Source: Lingula anatina (lineage: Eukaryota > Animalia > Brachiopoda). Taken from it: 64,000 nucleotides of DNA. The notes beneath the pieces were generated by a model. The model saw only the letters and a program-made list of their open reading frames with translations. It did not search any database and had not been told where the DNA came from. The stretch lies in the NCBI GenBank assembly GCA_051362555.1, contig CM120645.1:2170001-2234000 (forward strand). Direction: 5' to 3'. The stretch's first letter is position 1, and each line of letters opens with the position of its first letter. Positions 35,592-49,312 of this stretch are shown piece after piece. A program made the translations under genes and the position numbers.

Positions 35592-38500
35592 CCACACACA
35601 CAGAATTGTCAAATTGTTTACAATACCTCCTGAAGCAGGGGTAGTTCGGTTGTCAGTACAGCAAGTACGGCGTCGTGGACCGTAAGATAGATGGCGTCTC
35701 CGTCTTGGTCACCGTGGAATACATTTTTCTGGACTGTCTCAGTAAGCTCATCTACAAGACAGACAGAAGACAGAAACAATAAGAATTTTCAATGTCAACT
35801 TACAACATTAATAATTAATACTGACAGTAATTTTCACCTTTGTATGAACCACTTTTTTATAAAAGCTGAGCTTACATTATAAGAACCAATAATCAGATCT
35901 TCAAATACTGTCATATTATTAGTAAGTTTTCTTGGAGAATCCAAGTCTGTAGAAAAATTAAATTAAAGATTAAACTATAGATTAAAGAAAATAGATATAT
36001 TGCTTTCTAAATTCTCTACTAGTTCGTGTTACACAGTACATCCCAGTGTTGTAACAAACCTCTGCAATGCGCAAAAACAACCTGGACTCCAATGTCTTTG
36101 TAATCACATACAATCTGAAATGAAATTAACAATAATTGAATCGTTTTAACTTTCCGCTTATTTTCTTATTTTAGCTAATTGATCCGTTTTATGATAGATT
36201 GAAAGGGTCAGTATGAACAATGTAACAATAAAAAACAATCGCACGAGTAAAACATGTAATTAAACACACTGTTAGGTATAGAAGTGAAATAATTATCATA
36301 TACCGAGATGAAAGGACAGTATCATTTCCAGCATGATATGCAATTTTGTTTCAATCAAACCTGTTGTATTTATGAATGGACAGAGAGAGGCGAGAGAGAG
36401 AGAGGGGGAGAGAAAGGAGAGGGGAAGTGACTTTAACCTGTTTCAGAGCCTGGATACCAACAGCGTCTACAAAAGCCATGGCGGAACAGTCAACTATGAT
36501 ATGATGAATAGCGGGCTGAGGTGGAAGCTCTTCATTAACTTCTGAGGGTAATTTGTCATCAGGTTGGAAGTCCTCTATGTGGAGGCTAAGTACTTCTTTG
36601 GACAGGCCTATCATACCTCTGTTACTTATACCGTTCACTTCTGTAGTCTTCTTTATTGTGGTAGAAATGCACTGAATGAATAACAACTCTTAGTAAAAAA
36701 TTCTAAAGAGTTAATGCTGGTCTAATATATGTATTTGATAGATAAGGTAAGAACGTTTTTTTTTCTCCAGAACACACTACTAGTTGGTATCACATTTATT
36801 TTCCATTCAAAGCGTGGCATTGCGGATCCGAATAGATGAGGGTTAATATCGTTGAAATAATAATAATTATAATAATAATAATAATAATGCTTAGTATAGC
36901 AAATTGCCAATTGCCAATTAATAGAGCTCTACAAAAGCCCGCCACCAAAAATCGACTTCGACCTTTCCAAAATTGTTTATGGAAACCAGTTATTTACTTT
37001 GTGTTACTTTGAGTGAAACCATTATGACCAACAAATTATAATATTTATCTCTTTGACGGAGTTAATAAATCATTGAATAAACGCCAATATTTATGTGAAA
37101 TCTAACCTCTACTTTTTGTCTTTTCTTCTCTTCCTTCTCTCTCTCTTTCTCCAACGCTTCGCTTTTCTCTTTGCTCTTCATCTGTTTCGCTTTCAGGAGT
37201 GCAGGATCACAGCCAGTAGCTGCGTACAGCTTGCTCCGGAAGTGTTCAGCGTTGGCGTAATACAGAGATGATCCAAAGTGGAATATCTTGATACCTGGAA
37301 TCTCCTCCACCTGGATATACATGTATATGACAAAATTCCTTCACCATCATGATCAGTATTTTTTTTTTCAGAAGAAGAAGAAGCAATCTGTGTGATCTAA
37401 ATACAACAGTAAACAAGTCAACATTCTCAGTCAGTATAATAAAAACAAACATCCAAAGGTTTAATTTCGTCCTTTTTACATTTTGCATTACCCATACTTC
37501 AGGGCCGAAAAAAACAGCTTTTTTGTTCTGGGAAAAGGTCGATTTTGTTCATTGTATCTTCAATGGTGGTGTTAAAAACCGTAACTTTGTTTGCTTTAAG
37601 CAAACAGTAAATCAAAAGATTGAGCCCCCCTCCTCCGTCTCATGCCTCGTAGGCAACCACATGTGTCGTCTCTTAAAATATTTTTGTTATCATATACTGT
37701 ATGTTGGTTCCGTTGGAATAACAGTTATATCAAAATCAAAATAATAAAACATACTCACCATATAAAAGGTTAGGAATAATAATTTAAAAAACTCTGTAAT
37801 GAGGTGGGAAAATCTTTTGTGTATATAAAAAATCCAATAAATGGTGGATGCATAACCCATCAACATATTAACCTTAACTACTGTTGTTATTTTAGTATAA
37901 TTCAAAATAACGGTGTTTGTGGATTTTTGGGCTACTGTATATTTGAAACTGATCACTTTTAAAGCATACTCACCGTCTTGTATATATTGCTGTCTCTGTA
38001 TATATCCGAGTGGGGTACTCTTCCATACAAACACGTGTACGGCCTTATATAGAAGAAATAGGTGTGTTACTATATTATGGAGACAACAACATGTAGCTCA
38101 CTTAGAGGAAAGGCCCTCTTATTTCTAATTGTCGAGTTGGAAAATCCTTACTATATAGGCTGCCGAGTGTTTAAAACTTTTCCACAGTCACCATGCAAAA
38201 TCAAAAATAAATAAATTTACTTCCAGCGAAATTATATTGTATATCGAAAGTTTTTCCCTTTTTGATAAATGTTAAAGAAATTTATGTACAAATGCACTGT
38301 GGGTTTATGAAAAAAATGCAAAGATATCGATAATTAATGTAGGTGACAAAGTCAAAACGCTATTTAAATACACAGGCTGACACATGTATGGAATTTTATC
38401 GGCATATACCATAAATTCAAATATAATAAATGCACTTGTAGCATGAAGTATTCAATACACACCATTTCATAATGGTAAAATATTAAATAGTACTACATAA

Positions 38501-41500
38501 TACATTGATAGTGCTATACTGTCGAAAATATATTAGGCAGATGTGTTGAAAATACCATGGTCAGGTGATACAAAGTAAAGATGTCATACCACTGTGTCCT
38601 GAACACGACGGTGAGCAGGGAGAAACCAACTCCTATCATGAGACCATACTTCAAATCAAGGATAACCACCCCAAGGAAAGTAACGATCCAGACGGCCTTC
38701 GTGAAAAAAAAAGATACATATTAAAAATGAATGCATGTTTTTTAAGTGGAATGGAAAAAAATCAACATATTTTTAGAAGAAAATTTAGCAAACACACACA
38801 TACAGAGAGAGAGAGAATTATTGTGTGACACATAGCCACTAAGACTCGGTGTGTTAGGTGTTCAAGTATGAAATGGAATATATTATCAGGCGAGTGTGTT
38901 AGGTGTGACAATATGAATGCGTCAGCTTTCCTTATTGCTTACAAAATCAAATCTAGAAATCCCCCACAGTCTCTTGATGCTTTTGACCTGCAGGAACATG
39001 CCTTTCAGAGCCACCATGATGATGGAGGCAAGAACACACTGGAAGTAAAAAAATAAACATCGCTTTAATTAGAGTTACGAGAAAATTAATTACTTTAAAG
39101 GCAAAGAAAGATGGATGAACGTCGGATGAGTGTGTGCTACTAAAAGAGCTACTAATTCAGAATTTCGAGTGTTTGTATGGTTAAATTACCATAAATTACC
39201 TTTGGAAGTGTTTCAAACAATGGTCCGGCGAACAAAATGATAATAAGGATGAAGACGCTAGATATTACACTTGCAACCTGAAAATAAAGTTTTGTGTGCA
39301 TTTGTAAATTAGACAGTGTTTGGTAGAAGGAAAACGAACATGATGATATTCAGATCATTATTTAGCCTTTATATGTTTACAATAGATCAATCCCTTAAAT
39401 TGTTAGAAAAAGCAAGATTAACCGAAGCAAGTCGAGATAACTGGCTTCATTATTAATTAACTTTCAGAAAATATGTTTTCAAAATCCATTTTAATTGGAT
39501 TAGTTCACCCTAGTTATTATCATTAATTATAACCTTATTAATCTTTTACGACTTTCTACAGTTTTTTTATTTAGCGTTTTCTTAGTGCTGGTACTTTTTG
39601 TATTAGGAAAAAAGCATAAATGTTAATTTTTGTGATCTTTATTTTATTTTACATCTGATGGCTTTATACATGATAATAATATACATGTGTATGGCAGATA
39701 CAGAGCAAACAAAGTTAAGATTGCAATAAGGCATAAAAGTAAATAATAAAAGTAGCAGACAGACAGACAGATAGGTCCTGTTTATCTAGAATTGAATTTG
39801 CGGGTTGAATAAATAAATCTCTATATAATGCTTGCGGGTATTGAATTGCTTTACCTGCGTCTTCCCACCTGTAGTCTCTTGCAAACAAGACCTGCCCATG
39901 GCGGCGCCCGGAGACGAGCAGGTGAAGACGGCCCCAACAACATTCATCAGTCCGTAAGCAACCAATTCCTGAAACAAAATGGCACAACTTTTCGAGGAAT
40001 GTACCAAAAGGAACACTGGGACCAGAGTTCACGTAACTTTCATAAAATAACTCAATCTTGAAAGATGCACGGTCTAGACTTAAAAAAAATATTGGTTTAC
40101 CTCAGTCAAAGACAAAACGGTATATGGCACCCCGGTACGAGTTTGAAAGAGAAACAGGATAAAAGACAAGCTATAAATTAAGAAGAGACGTACCTGGTTG
40201 GCATCCACGATATAGCCATTTGATTTGGCAAACATCTTAGCTAGCGATATATTGATAGAGTAGGATACAATTGCTATGACAATGGATTCCAGAACGGCAT
40301 CTCCGAAATACGTTAGAGGTGGTACTCTGGGCTGTGGAAGTCTGGAAGCATACGCATACTGCATATCACCACTACATTGGCCTCCATAAGTTAAGCTTGT
40401 AAGATAAGCAATACCTTAAATATTGAACTTTTTAATACCTTAGTCACTTTATTAAATTTCAGCTGGGCTGTGCGATTCTCTTTAATATCTCGTCTCGTGA
40501 ATAACGTATATATACAGTTGGATATTCATATCCAGAAAATACATAACACACATAATTTTGATCATGTGAATGGATTGATATAATTGACTCCAATTAAAAT
40601 TGAAATCATACATTTAACAGCACGGCAGTTATGAGGAGATCAAGATCGGTGAATGTGTTTTCCTGCGATACGTGTAGCAGTGTTTGTTCTAAAGCCGAAA
40701 ATACACACAGTCCGTGGCTGTTAGCCCTTACCCAGCAGAGAACTCCCCAACTACCACTACATCGTTAACCTCGTCTAATTTAGCCAGGTAACACACGGCG
40801 GTCGCCAAAATCACCTGCAATGGAAAATGTACGACAGCGTGCCAAACAGTTCGAACGAAGAAAATTAATTTTAAAAAACATCGCTGTTGTTGAATTGATT
40901 AACATGCGGCATCAATATACGTGCGGGCAAGACATATTTGAAAATAAGACGTGTAATCGTCAAGTACAAGTACAATTAATCTTTATATAAAATATTACAT
41001 CACATTTTACTTAAACTCATATCTATTACCTCCGCCAAGGAGGTTATGTTTTCACCCCTGTTTGTCTGTCTGTTCGTTTGTTTGTCATCAACATAACTCA
41101 AAAAGTTATGGGCCGATTTTGATGAAATTTTCAGGAACTGTCAGAAGTGGGCCGAGGAAGAGATGATTAGTTTTTGGTGGTGATCCGTATCAATGATCAA
41201 TCAATGATCAATAATAATCAAAAATCGCTGCCTTGGCGGAGGTCTGCGCTCTCGGAGTGCTTTTCTAGTTTTAAAAGAAATCACTTCACGTTTGAAAAAG
41301 GACGTCTCCGTGTTTTAAGTCACTTAGGTAGTGTATATCACTATATCACTTCCCCCACCCCCATTTTGTTCAAGGAAGACTTCCCTTGAGCTTTCTCTTC
41401 TACACTCTCTTCTTTCCGTTTACTTGCTACACTGTTATGTACACTGATCGTGGATTCAAGTAACAAAGATAATGGACGATGAACCCCTCATGGAATACCT

Positions 41501-41962
41501 ACCACCAATAGTTCTATGGGGACTGGTACCTTCATTTTGGACTTAAATCTGGCGTTAATGCATTCTTTGACCAGAACTAGAGTAAGAATGCAAATGGATG
41601 ACATGATCAAAGCCGTCAGGTTGGTCTGGGATACAGCAGGGAGAAAATTGATGTAAAACTGGAAAAGAACGGAAGTATTTCTATGTGGAGATTTGTCAAG
41701 ATATCACTTGAGGAATCAATGCATCGGTAAAACTGGTATATGTGCAAAACTGTTCGAATGCATTACTCATGTCAATAGAGATGTGCAATAATGCATTTAC
41801 CCAATCCTGCAGGAAATTGCAATAATACAAAAAATTTGTGTATGTTGTTATCAGCTGATATGAGGGCCATCCACAGGATTTTGTTAGCAATCTGTGAATA
41901 ATGTCAGTATTTCAACTAGGTGTTGTGGCAAATTTAAAGAAAACAAATATTTTGTTGGTGTG

Positions 41963-42032
<70 letters not shown>

Positions 42033-44082
42033 CATCAATGTATGAAATGCCCTTTATCTTACGCTAATCAGTTTGAATGGACTTGGCTCGGTCTTAACAC
42101 TGACTCCAAACACGTGTTTAATCTGTGAAGAAAACACGTGACAAGCGGCTCCTGTGGTGAATCCACTGACGAGGGGATCAGACAAGTAGTTGGTGATGAA
42201 ACCAAGGCGGAGTACGCCCTTCAGCAACTGAAGCATAGAACTATAAATATATGGTGACAATAAAAATATTAATCATATCTTAAAGGACAAAGGGCCAGAG
42301 TCAAAATACATTCTTGGTAATAGAAACAAACATGTACATCCTGGAAACGAAATCTTAATTTCATACCTGCCAAACGCCCACCAACAACATTAAAGCCACG
42401 ACGACATTAATCTTATAATCAACACATTCCATGTTGTCCGTGGTGTACACATCACATACTATCCCGTTTCCAAGAGACGTGTTGTATATACCGTTGCTAG
42501 GCAACAAGCTAGACGGGCTCCACGCTGCGGTCTGTCTATCAACGTAAGAGCCGACGAGGAAACTAGACGTGGCTACAGACCCTACAAGAGAATACAACGG
42601 GTCTATAAACAAAGAAAAACGCCGCACTTGACAGCCAGAATAGCAGCATTTTATGTACATATAGACATAAGTTCATTGTTTTCTTAATTAAGAATTCTTG
42701 TTCTAAATTTAGTTCGCGTTTTTTATTTGTTATAGAGAACATTCAGGCCTTGTACACACAAAAAAATCTGCATGATACGCACTTGCTTTGGTTTTTAGGT
42801 AATGTGGAATTAATCGATATGTATGAGGTGTAGAGAGATGGCATTTTCTCTATATATTTTTTGGGAAAAGTTACTGTAAAACCATGTATTTCTTACTCCT
42901 CTTACATCCCAACTTTCTCCAAAATAGCAAGAACAAAAAATACGAAACACACTCAGATCATTGCTTTCCTTTAATCACCTCTCTTGTGACAACAAAACGC
43001 CATTATTCCTGAGATACGCATATATGGTCCGTATGGGGTTAACGCAAGGTTACTGTCTCACCTAACACAATGGTCACCTACCTATAGAAATGTGCCTAGA
43101 TGTTCCAAAAAAGAAATAGACCAAGGTAGGGAAGAAGGCCGCATATAGACCATGGACTGGTGGAAGACCGCAAATCATGGCATAGGCCATACCTGGATAA
43201 TAAAAACCTTTTAACAGTGATATGAAGTTGTTTTTTTTATACGACGAACAATCCAGAAATCGGTGTGCCAGGAAGAGAAGTCCTAGGAATGGAAGTCCGG
43301 GCTTTCATACGATAAGTACAGGTTAGAGGTAGTTGGAGAGTTGGGGTTAGTATATAGGAAGATTGTATTGAGAAGAGGACTACGGTTCCAAGCGGACTTC
43401 CATTCCTTTTACACCGGCTTGAGACTTTCCAACACGTGATTTCCAAATACCCGCCATATATTGTTGTGAACTATACCGTTCAACGGTAGCTGATAGGGAT
43501 ATTAAAGAGGACTTATTGCATTGAATAAATAATGGTAAAAGAACTTAATTCATCAAAATATCCACAAAAGCCTGGGTTTCTTGAATATTAGCATTTGTGC
43601 AAACTTAAATGTCAAAATATTATTGCTTAAAATGGCGGACAACACATTGGATAGATACATGTACTTGAACATTAAAATTGTTTAATCTCACCTTGGGGCA
43701 AATTCATCACACCCACTGTGAGCCCTGCAACTATATCTCCCACCAGCCACTGCGGGTATCTATACTGGCGTAGAATTCCAACAAACGGAAACAGCCGAAG
43801 TAAAATCCGACAAAGACATCCCGAAGAGCATGCGCAGCGTTTACGCCAACTTCGATTCTCTTCATTTTTCTTTTCCTGAAGTACCTCGGAAGAATGTCTA
43901 TGGAGAAGGTCAAAAGTAGACTGCGAGTATATAGGTCGAAGCACCCTAACTTTTCTGACGTCAACAGCCCGGTTGTCTTTAGAAGTCGCATCTGGACAAG
44001 TGTCGGGATGGGGTGCCGTTGTCTCTGTTCGGGTCATGGTCCCACGAGAACGGAATCCCTCATCGTTTATAGCGAGGGTCAT
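34823..44082 (-). CDS. SLC26/SulP anion transporter (prestin/pendrin-like) paralog A, 17 coding exons, ~801 aa
   Basis: Exons 44082-43692, 43192-43082, 42581-42367, 42227-42063, 41658-41503, 40814-40732, 40341-40194, 39968-39855, 39277-39200, 39038-38943, 38696-38590, 38043-37974, 37310-37107, 36650-36438, 36114-36060, 35751-35627, 34897-34823. All GT-AG and phase-compatible. Motifs [56 protein letters not shown], and [11 protein letters not shown] / [15 protein letters not shown] / TVHDAV. Confidence 0.93.
41024..41270 (+). mobile_element. Non-autonomous Helentron-type (HINE/DINE-1-like) element in SLC26 paralog A intron 5
   Basis: Subterminal inverted repeats acctccgccaagg (41028-41040) and ccttggcggaggt (41231-41243), internal (ctgt/ttgt)n microsatellite, 3' hairpin gcgctc-tcg-gagtgc followed by ttttctagtt. 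Confidence 0.75.
41965..42030. repeat. (TA)n microsatellite
   Basis: Read directly from the sequence. Confidence 0.95.
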
Positions 44083-44777
44083 CTCTCTCTATTGTCTCGC
44101 TTCTGCAGTTGATATAAAAACATGAAAAATGAAAGTGTTCTCTCAGATGAACTTAACGACCTCGTAGTTTCGTGATATTTCCCCACAGTCCTTATTTCAA
44201 CTATTAAAACATATTTCTGCGCATGTGTATTTTCTTTTTCACTGACGCAAGTGGCGTACCACAGAAATCTTTCACCAGAAATTCACACATGTTCGGCTAT
44301 GCTCTTTTCTTACCGGTGAGAATTTTTGAACAACAACTACCTCAGCAGGACGACTTGAGGTTTTAAACATTTATCCACCAACTATAATTTCATATATATA
44401 TATATGAGTATTTAAACCCCATTTCTCCTTACCGTTCAAGCATTTACTTGTCTTCGTTAGATTTTCTTTAATTTTGCGCAATCACCATTTCAGCACTACT
44501 GCTAACAGTGATCGTGGTGGCAGTGACTTCTTTATATTTCCCTTTAGCTGTTTATATCATTCATCTTGTTTACAAGTATGATAACTACTAGTATATAAAC
44601 ACCGGAATCACGACACGTACGTGTAATGATGCACAGCAGGAAAACTGGCCAGGTATAACAAAAACAAAGAAAAATTAATAATGTTCTGATTATTCATCGA
44701 TGACTAGTTAATTGATAGGTCATATGTTTTAAGTTTTATCATTGCTATTCTTCTTGATTATGAATTGTCGTCCTACT

Positions 44778-44812
<35 letters not shown>

Positions 44813-44813
<1 letters not shown>

Positions 44814-45090
44814 TGACATGTGCCCGGGTACAGATATATACTCTTGTCACAATAACAATAACAAAAATATCTTGTTCTTTTCTCTGTCCCTGGGGATACT
44901 TATGTCACAATAAAAAACAATATTTTATCCTTTTCTATGCCCATGGGGATACTCTTGTCACAATAACAAAACAATATTTTATCTCATTCTATGCCCGTGC
45001 TTAGACTTATGTCACAATAACAAAACAATATTTTATTTCTTTCAATGCCCATAGGGATACTCTTGACAGAATAGTGAAACAATATTTTTA
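44813..45090. repeat. Minisatellite, ~60-bp unit x5, following a poly-T run
   Basis: Recurring gggatactcttgtcacaataacaaaacaatatttt...ttctatgccc. Confidence 0.85.
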
Positions 45091-45119
45091 TATATATTTC
45101 AAATGTATTCTACTTTCGG

Positions 45120-45120
<1 letters not shown>

Positions 45121-45187
<67 letters not shown>
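45121..45187. repeat. (TTA)n microsatellite
   Basis: Read directly from the sequence. Confidence 0.95.
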
Positions 45188-45189
<2 letters not shown>

Positions 45190-45782
45190 TGCGCTTTTAT
45201 AAACCACTGAATTAGGTAATGATCTAAAACACGTTAAGACTCACTACTGGTACTTAGGTTTCAAATTATTAATCTTTCGATTGAAATATCTTTTAGAAAC
45301 AAAGAAACATATCCTCAAAGCACGCAACACTTTACTTCGTGTAACGAATTAGGATTACGAACCATTTTATTGGGGCTGTTTCCGATCTTTTATTTTTTTA
45401 TCTTATATTTCCGCTCTTTTTCGAGTTTTTCCGCAACCACGTTTTCTTCCACGTGAGTAATACGTTTTCTTCCACGTTTTCTTCCACGTGAGTATTGCCT
45501 AGGCACACGCATGCTTCAAGATGAGAGTGATTTCTTTCATTAATGTTCGCGACCGTGTATGAACTCACTTATTTTAAATATCGACATTTAAATATTAAAA
45601 TAAACGTCATTTAAAATACCAATAACATAACCACATGAAATATGAGAGATATATTGAAAAAATATTGAAGCGTACCAAGAATCTGACAGGATGAGTTACC
45701 TGTCGTAACCTGGCTTGGGGAGTGAGGCGGTGCGTAATTTACAAGTTTAATTGTACCTTATGGTCAACTGCCGGGCATATTA

Positions 45783-46007
45783 GACTGGGTTCCAATACCT
45801 AGATCTATCTCACTATATTGCTTTCATCTTAGGCGGCTTAGATGTCTGTCACAATTACTGAAGCTGTTAGGGGGTAATTAATTATCGTTTAGCAGCTTCA
45901 GCAGGCGTGCCAGACATCTAAGCCGCTTAAGCTGAAAACAATTTAGCTACAAACCCCTCGGAGATGGATCGATCCTGTTAGATCGATCTAAATATGGGAA
46001 CCCAGTC
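45783..46007. mobile_element. PIF/Harbinger (Tourist-like) MITE
   Basis: TTA|GACTGGGTTCC...GGAACCCAGTC|TTA, with internal inverted segments gcggcttagatgtctg / cagacatctaagccgc and ctgaagctg / cagcttcag. Confidence 0.78.
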
Positions 46008-46189
46008 TTAACTGCATCAGCAATTAGTGAGCTTGTCAACTGATGATAGTTAATTTGGAAGACTGTCACCTTTCGATATGATCTAAACCACTCGAGGCGA
46101 CCATAGCCTCATGACATCTTTTGGCCTCAAATTTAGTAAGAAAGTCACGTAAGACCGTCGAAAGATTTATAATTTGAAACACAAGCCAT

Positions 46190-47460
46190 CATCGTCGTCA
46201 TTATCATTTATTAACGTGTCATGTGCACAGAACACCCAGCCCTTCAGGCTTAGAAGACACCTGTTAAATACAATTTTTCTGTCTTAGATCAAATATCTTA
46301 ACAATAAATTTTGCAAATTGCATCATTTTTTCCATTACATCTTCCACAGAAATTTTATTAATATCATTTATTTGGATACATAATCTAAAACTTTACTCTC
46401 TATAAGCAGTGCACTGAAGTAAGAAATGACTCATTTTCTAATTTCTTTTTGCCTTGTTGGCACATTCTTTCATTAATAGGCGTGTTGTCCGGAACCGCGC
46501 AAATTTAGATACGTCGAAATCTTTACGTCTAAACGCTACAGAGGAAATCCACACTGACAAAAGTGACCAGTTTCAATCGTTTAATGTGAACTCGTTGCCT
46601 GCTTAGGTACATTTTGATTCTCTATTCAATATTACACCCTTTAGTCTGTACTCCAGCCAATGGCTTCATGCACGTCCTTATCACTGGCTCCTTAATGCGA
46701 CAGGTAAACAAGCCCTACTCAGCCTCTTCAAAATTGACATAATGTATTATAGAGAATACAATAAAAGTTATTACTTGAAATTACTGAGATCGTCTATGAC
46801 TTATTAAATGTCTCCGACAGTGTGTTATTGTTACGTCCAGTTTCCACATTTTAATCTAAAATGCCCATCCGAAATTGAGTTAATTTTTTTTCCTTTCTTG
46901 TTTAAATCTATGTTAAGATATTTTTCAGTTTTCACTTCTTTTTTAAATGTCATGTATGTTCGGAGATCAGGGAATTTCCAAATTTCTTTTTTTTTTTTTC
47001 AATTAATTTGGACTTTTTCATAGAAGAGTTTTCCATGTATCCCATGTCAACAATTGATATTTTGAAAAAATGTATTTCCATATCACGGAATCTGAGAATC
47101 TCTCTTACCTCGGAGCACCAATTTTTCCCCAATTTATGATCTTCAAAAATTTGTTTGACAAGTCTTTCATTTTGGGTGAGTACCAAATTGTTCCAAAGAC
47201 TGAGAATGTGCAGCCATCTGCTAAATTCAGTGATATCCAACCTGAGCCACCATACAGAATCACTTTTAGTGAAAATCAGTAAACTCCTAAACAGTATCTT
47301 AAGGCTTTAGAAATAAATTTTTCACAATTTTCATTTTCCGAAAACCCCCAAACCCTTCAACCCAAACTCTAAAATTGGAGTCACACAGCTGATAAATATT
47401 TTTTGGTATGTGTAGAATACCATTTGACTAACTTTTGCTTTTGCTTTAATTAAATCCAGT
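46190..47460 (-). mobile_element. Degenerate 3' fragment of a non-LTR retrotransposon (CR1/L2-like ORF2 C-terminus)
   Basis: Frameshifted minus-strand peptides VTPILEFG, ENENCEKFISKALRYCLGV and WLHILSLWNNLV...ERLVKQIF...NWCSEVREIL resemble post-RT regions of CR1/L2-clade ORF2. Pattern recognition only. Confidence 0.55.
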
Positions 47461-49312
47461 TCTCAAGTAGTACATTCAGATAAATATTTGGCAGTATACT
47501 GAAAATCTAAAAATTATTATACATAAACCCTAGCTATTTATACTTATCAACTTAATCTTTATGGTGACCTTCGAAATATACAAAAATATGCAGTACGTTC
47601 TTAATGTTTGGGCCTATAAAGTACACATCGGTTTCTTGTACTGCATCTTTACGTTTTTTTCCTATTTTTATTTCCTTTTTTATAACCTTTGAAAAAATAT
47701 TATAACTGTAGTATTCCCATTATTATCACTAAATTGTAATGAGCATGTTCCCCCCCCCCCCCCCCCATTTTTTTATTAATTTTAATGTACCTGCTAGTTT
47801 GCCGGTGTTGGCGGCTTCAGCTTTCTCAGTCTGTGTATGGTGGAGCAGCGAGTCTTTCTCGGGCCCGCGTAGTTTCTTCGTTTAGAACGCTGTTGCTCGC
47901 TGATCGGGACGCAAAGACTGAATGGTGTTAAAGACCGTTGCGCTATAAACATGGGCCGTGGGTCAGGGAGCTGCTTGTGATAGGGTGGAGTTTGGACGAG
48001 TTAAACCATGTGTTCCCCAAAGGGTGAAGGGCGAAAATTAGACCGTTGTCTATTGGTTGATTAGTGAGCTCTACGTTAGAGGCGTGGAATTGCAGCGTTC
48101 GCATAAATGAAAAATGCGCATGACAGAAACCCTGCGCTGGAGGGGACATGGGATGATTGCTATGGAAAGAGAAGGGCGTGCCTTCAGCGTCTCTTTAAAA
48201 CCTGTTTAAAACCTTTATTACATTTGTCACACGATGTCCGTACAGCCTTTATCCTACGCACATTCATGATTATATGTTTTTTTCTCCTTATCTTTGTGAA
48301 CTAGTTTCATTTTATCCACCCTCCCGTCCGTCACTTACTTTAAGGAGCCCATTGAGAACAGCGGACTAACAGATCAGCGGATCCAATATGGTGACTCACT
48401 AAAAAGCTTGCCGCTTAATTCCCGATTAGATTCCCCGCGAGAATTACGCAACAAGTATTCAAATGGGTGGGCCATATTTGATCTCTTAGACGGTTGTTAT
48501 GAATGCGCTTTAAAACAAAGAACTGGCAGAGTAAAAACCTATGGTGACAAGACTTTTATGGTATCGGCTCCATTGGAATAGAACATACTGCCACTCGAAT
48601 AGTGTCAAAACATGGTTTTAAAAAAGAACTCAGAGCATTTATTTTAAACTTAAAGGAACTTTACAAATGAAATTGTGTGAGGTGTAAACAATTCATTTCA
48701 TTTTAAATTTACTCTTTTATTTAATTTCTTAACTATGGTTTTACAGCTACTTTCAAAGAAACTTTATAGGGGAAATTGTTTAAGTGTAAAACTTTTAATG
48801 TAATTTGAAGTGCACTCTTTAATTTGATGTCTTATCGATGGTTTTACAACGTGTTTCTAATACTAAAATATTTTATTTCTAATACTAAAGCATTTTATCA
48901 TTGTTAAGTCTACTGAACTTGTAAGGAATTCAGTCTTTAAATAAATTTTATTATAATTATTATCATTATTTTTATTGTGGCTATATTCATAATGAAAATT
49001 TTCCAATGAAAATAAAGTAATTCACGAAAGCGTCCCCTTTAACATTTGTAAGGCAGAGTCACCATTTTGGAATATGAGAGTACTGGTGAGGCAGTTTTCC
49101 TGGATTGCTGCTGGCGACTTCTACATCTGAATCGAGAAGAAAACATCTACATGTAATCGGTGATATTTTCACACCTGACGAAAACAATTTTAAACGCACA
49201 TAATCATCGACGAAAGGGGGGTCTACATGTCGCTGTCATGTAGTAAAATAACACTTAAATGTTGAATTTTCTCTGCAGACCTTTTGTCCTTTTGTTATTA
49301 GTACTAGTAAAT

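Noticed and set aside
45437-45495. Short direct repeats containing CACGTG E-boxes upstream of SLC26 paralog A
   Set aside because: Could be regulatory, but cannot be distinguished from a local slippage duplication and the TSS is unknown.
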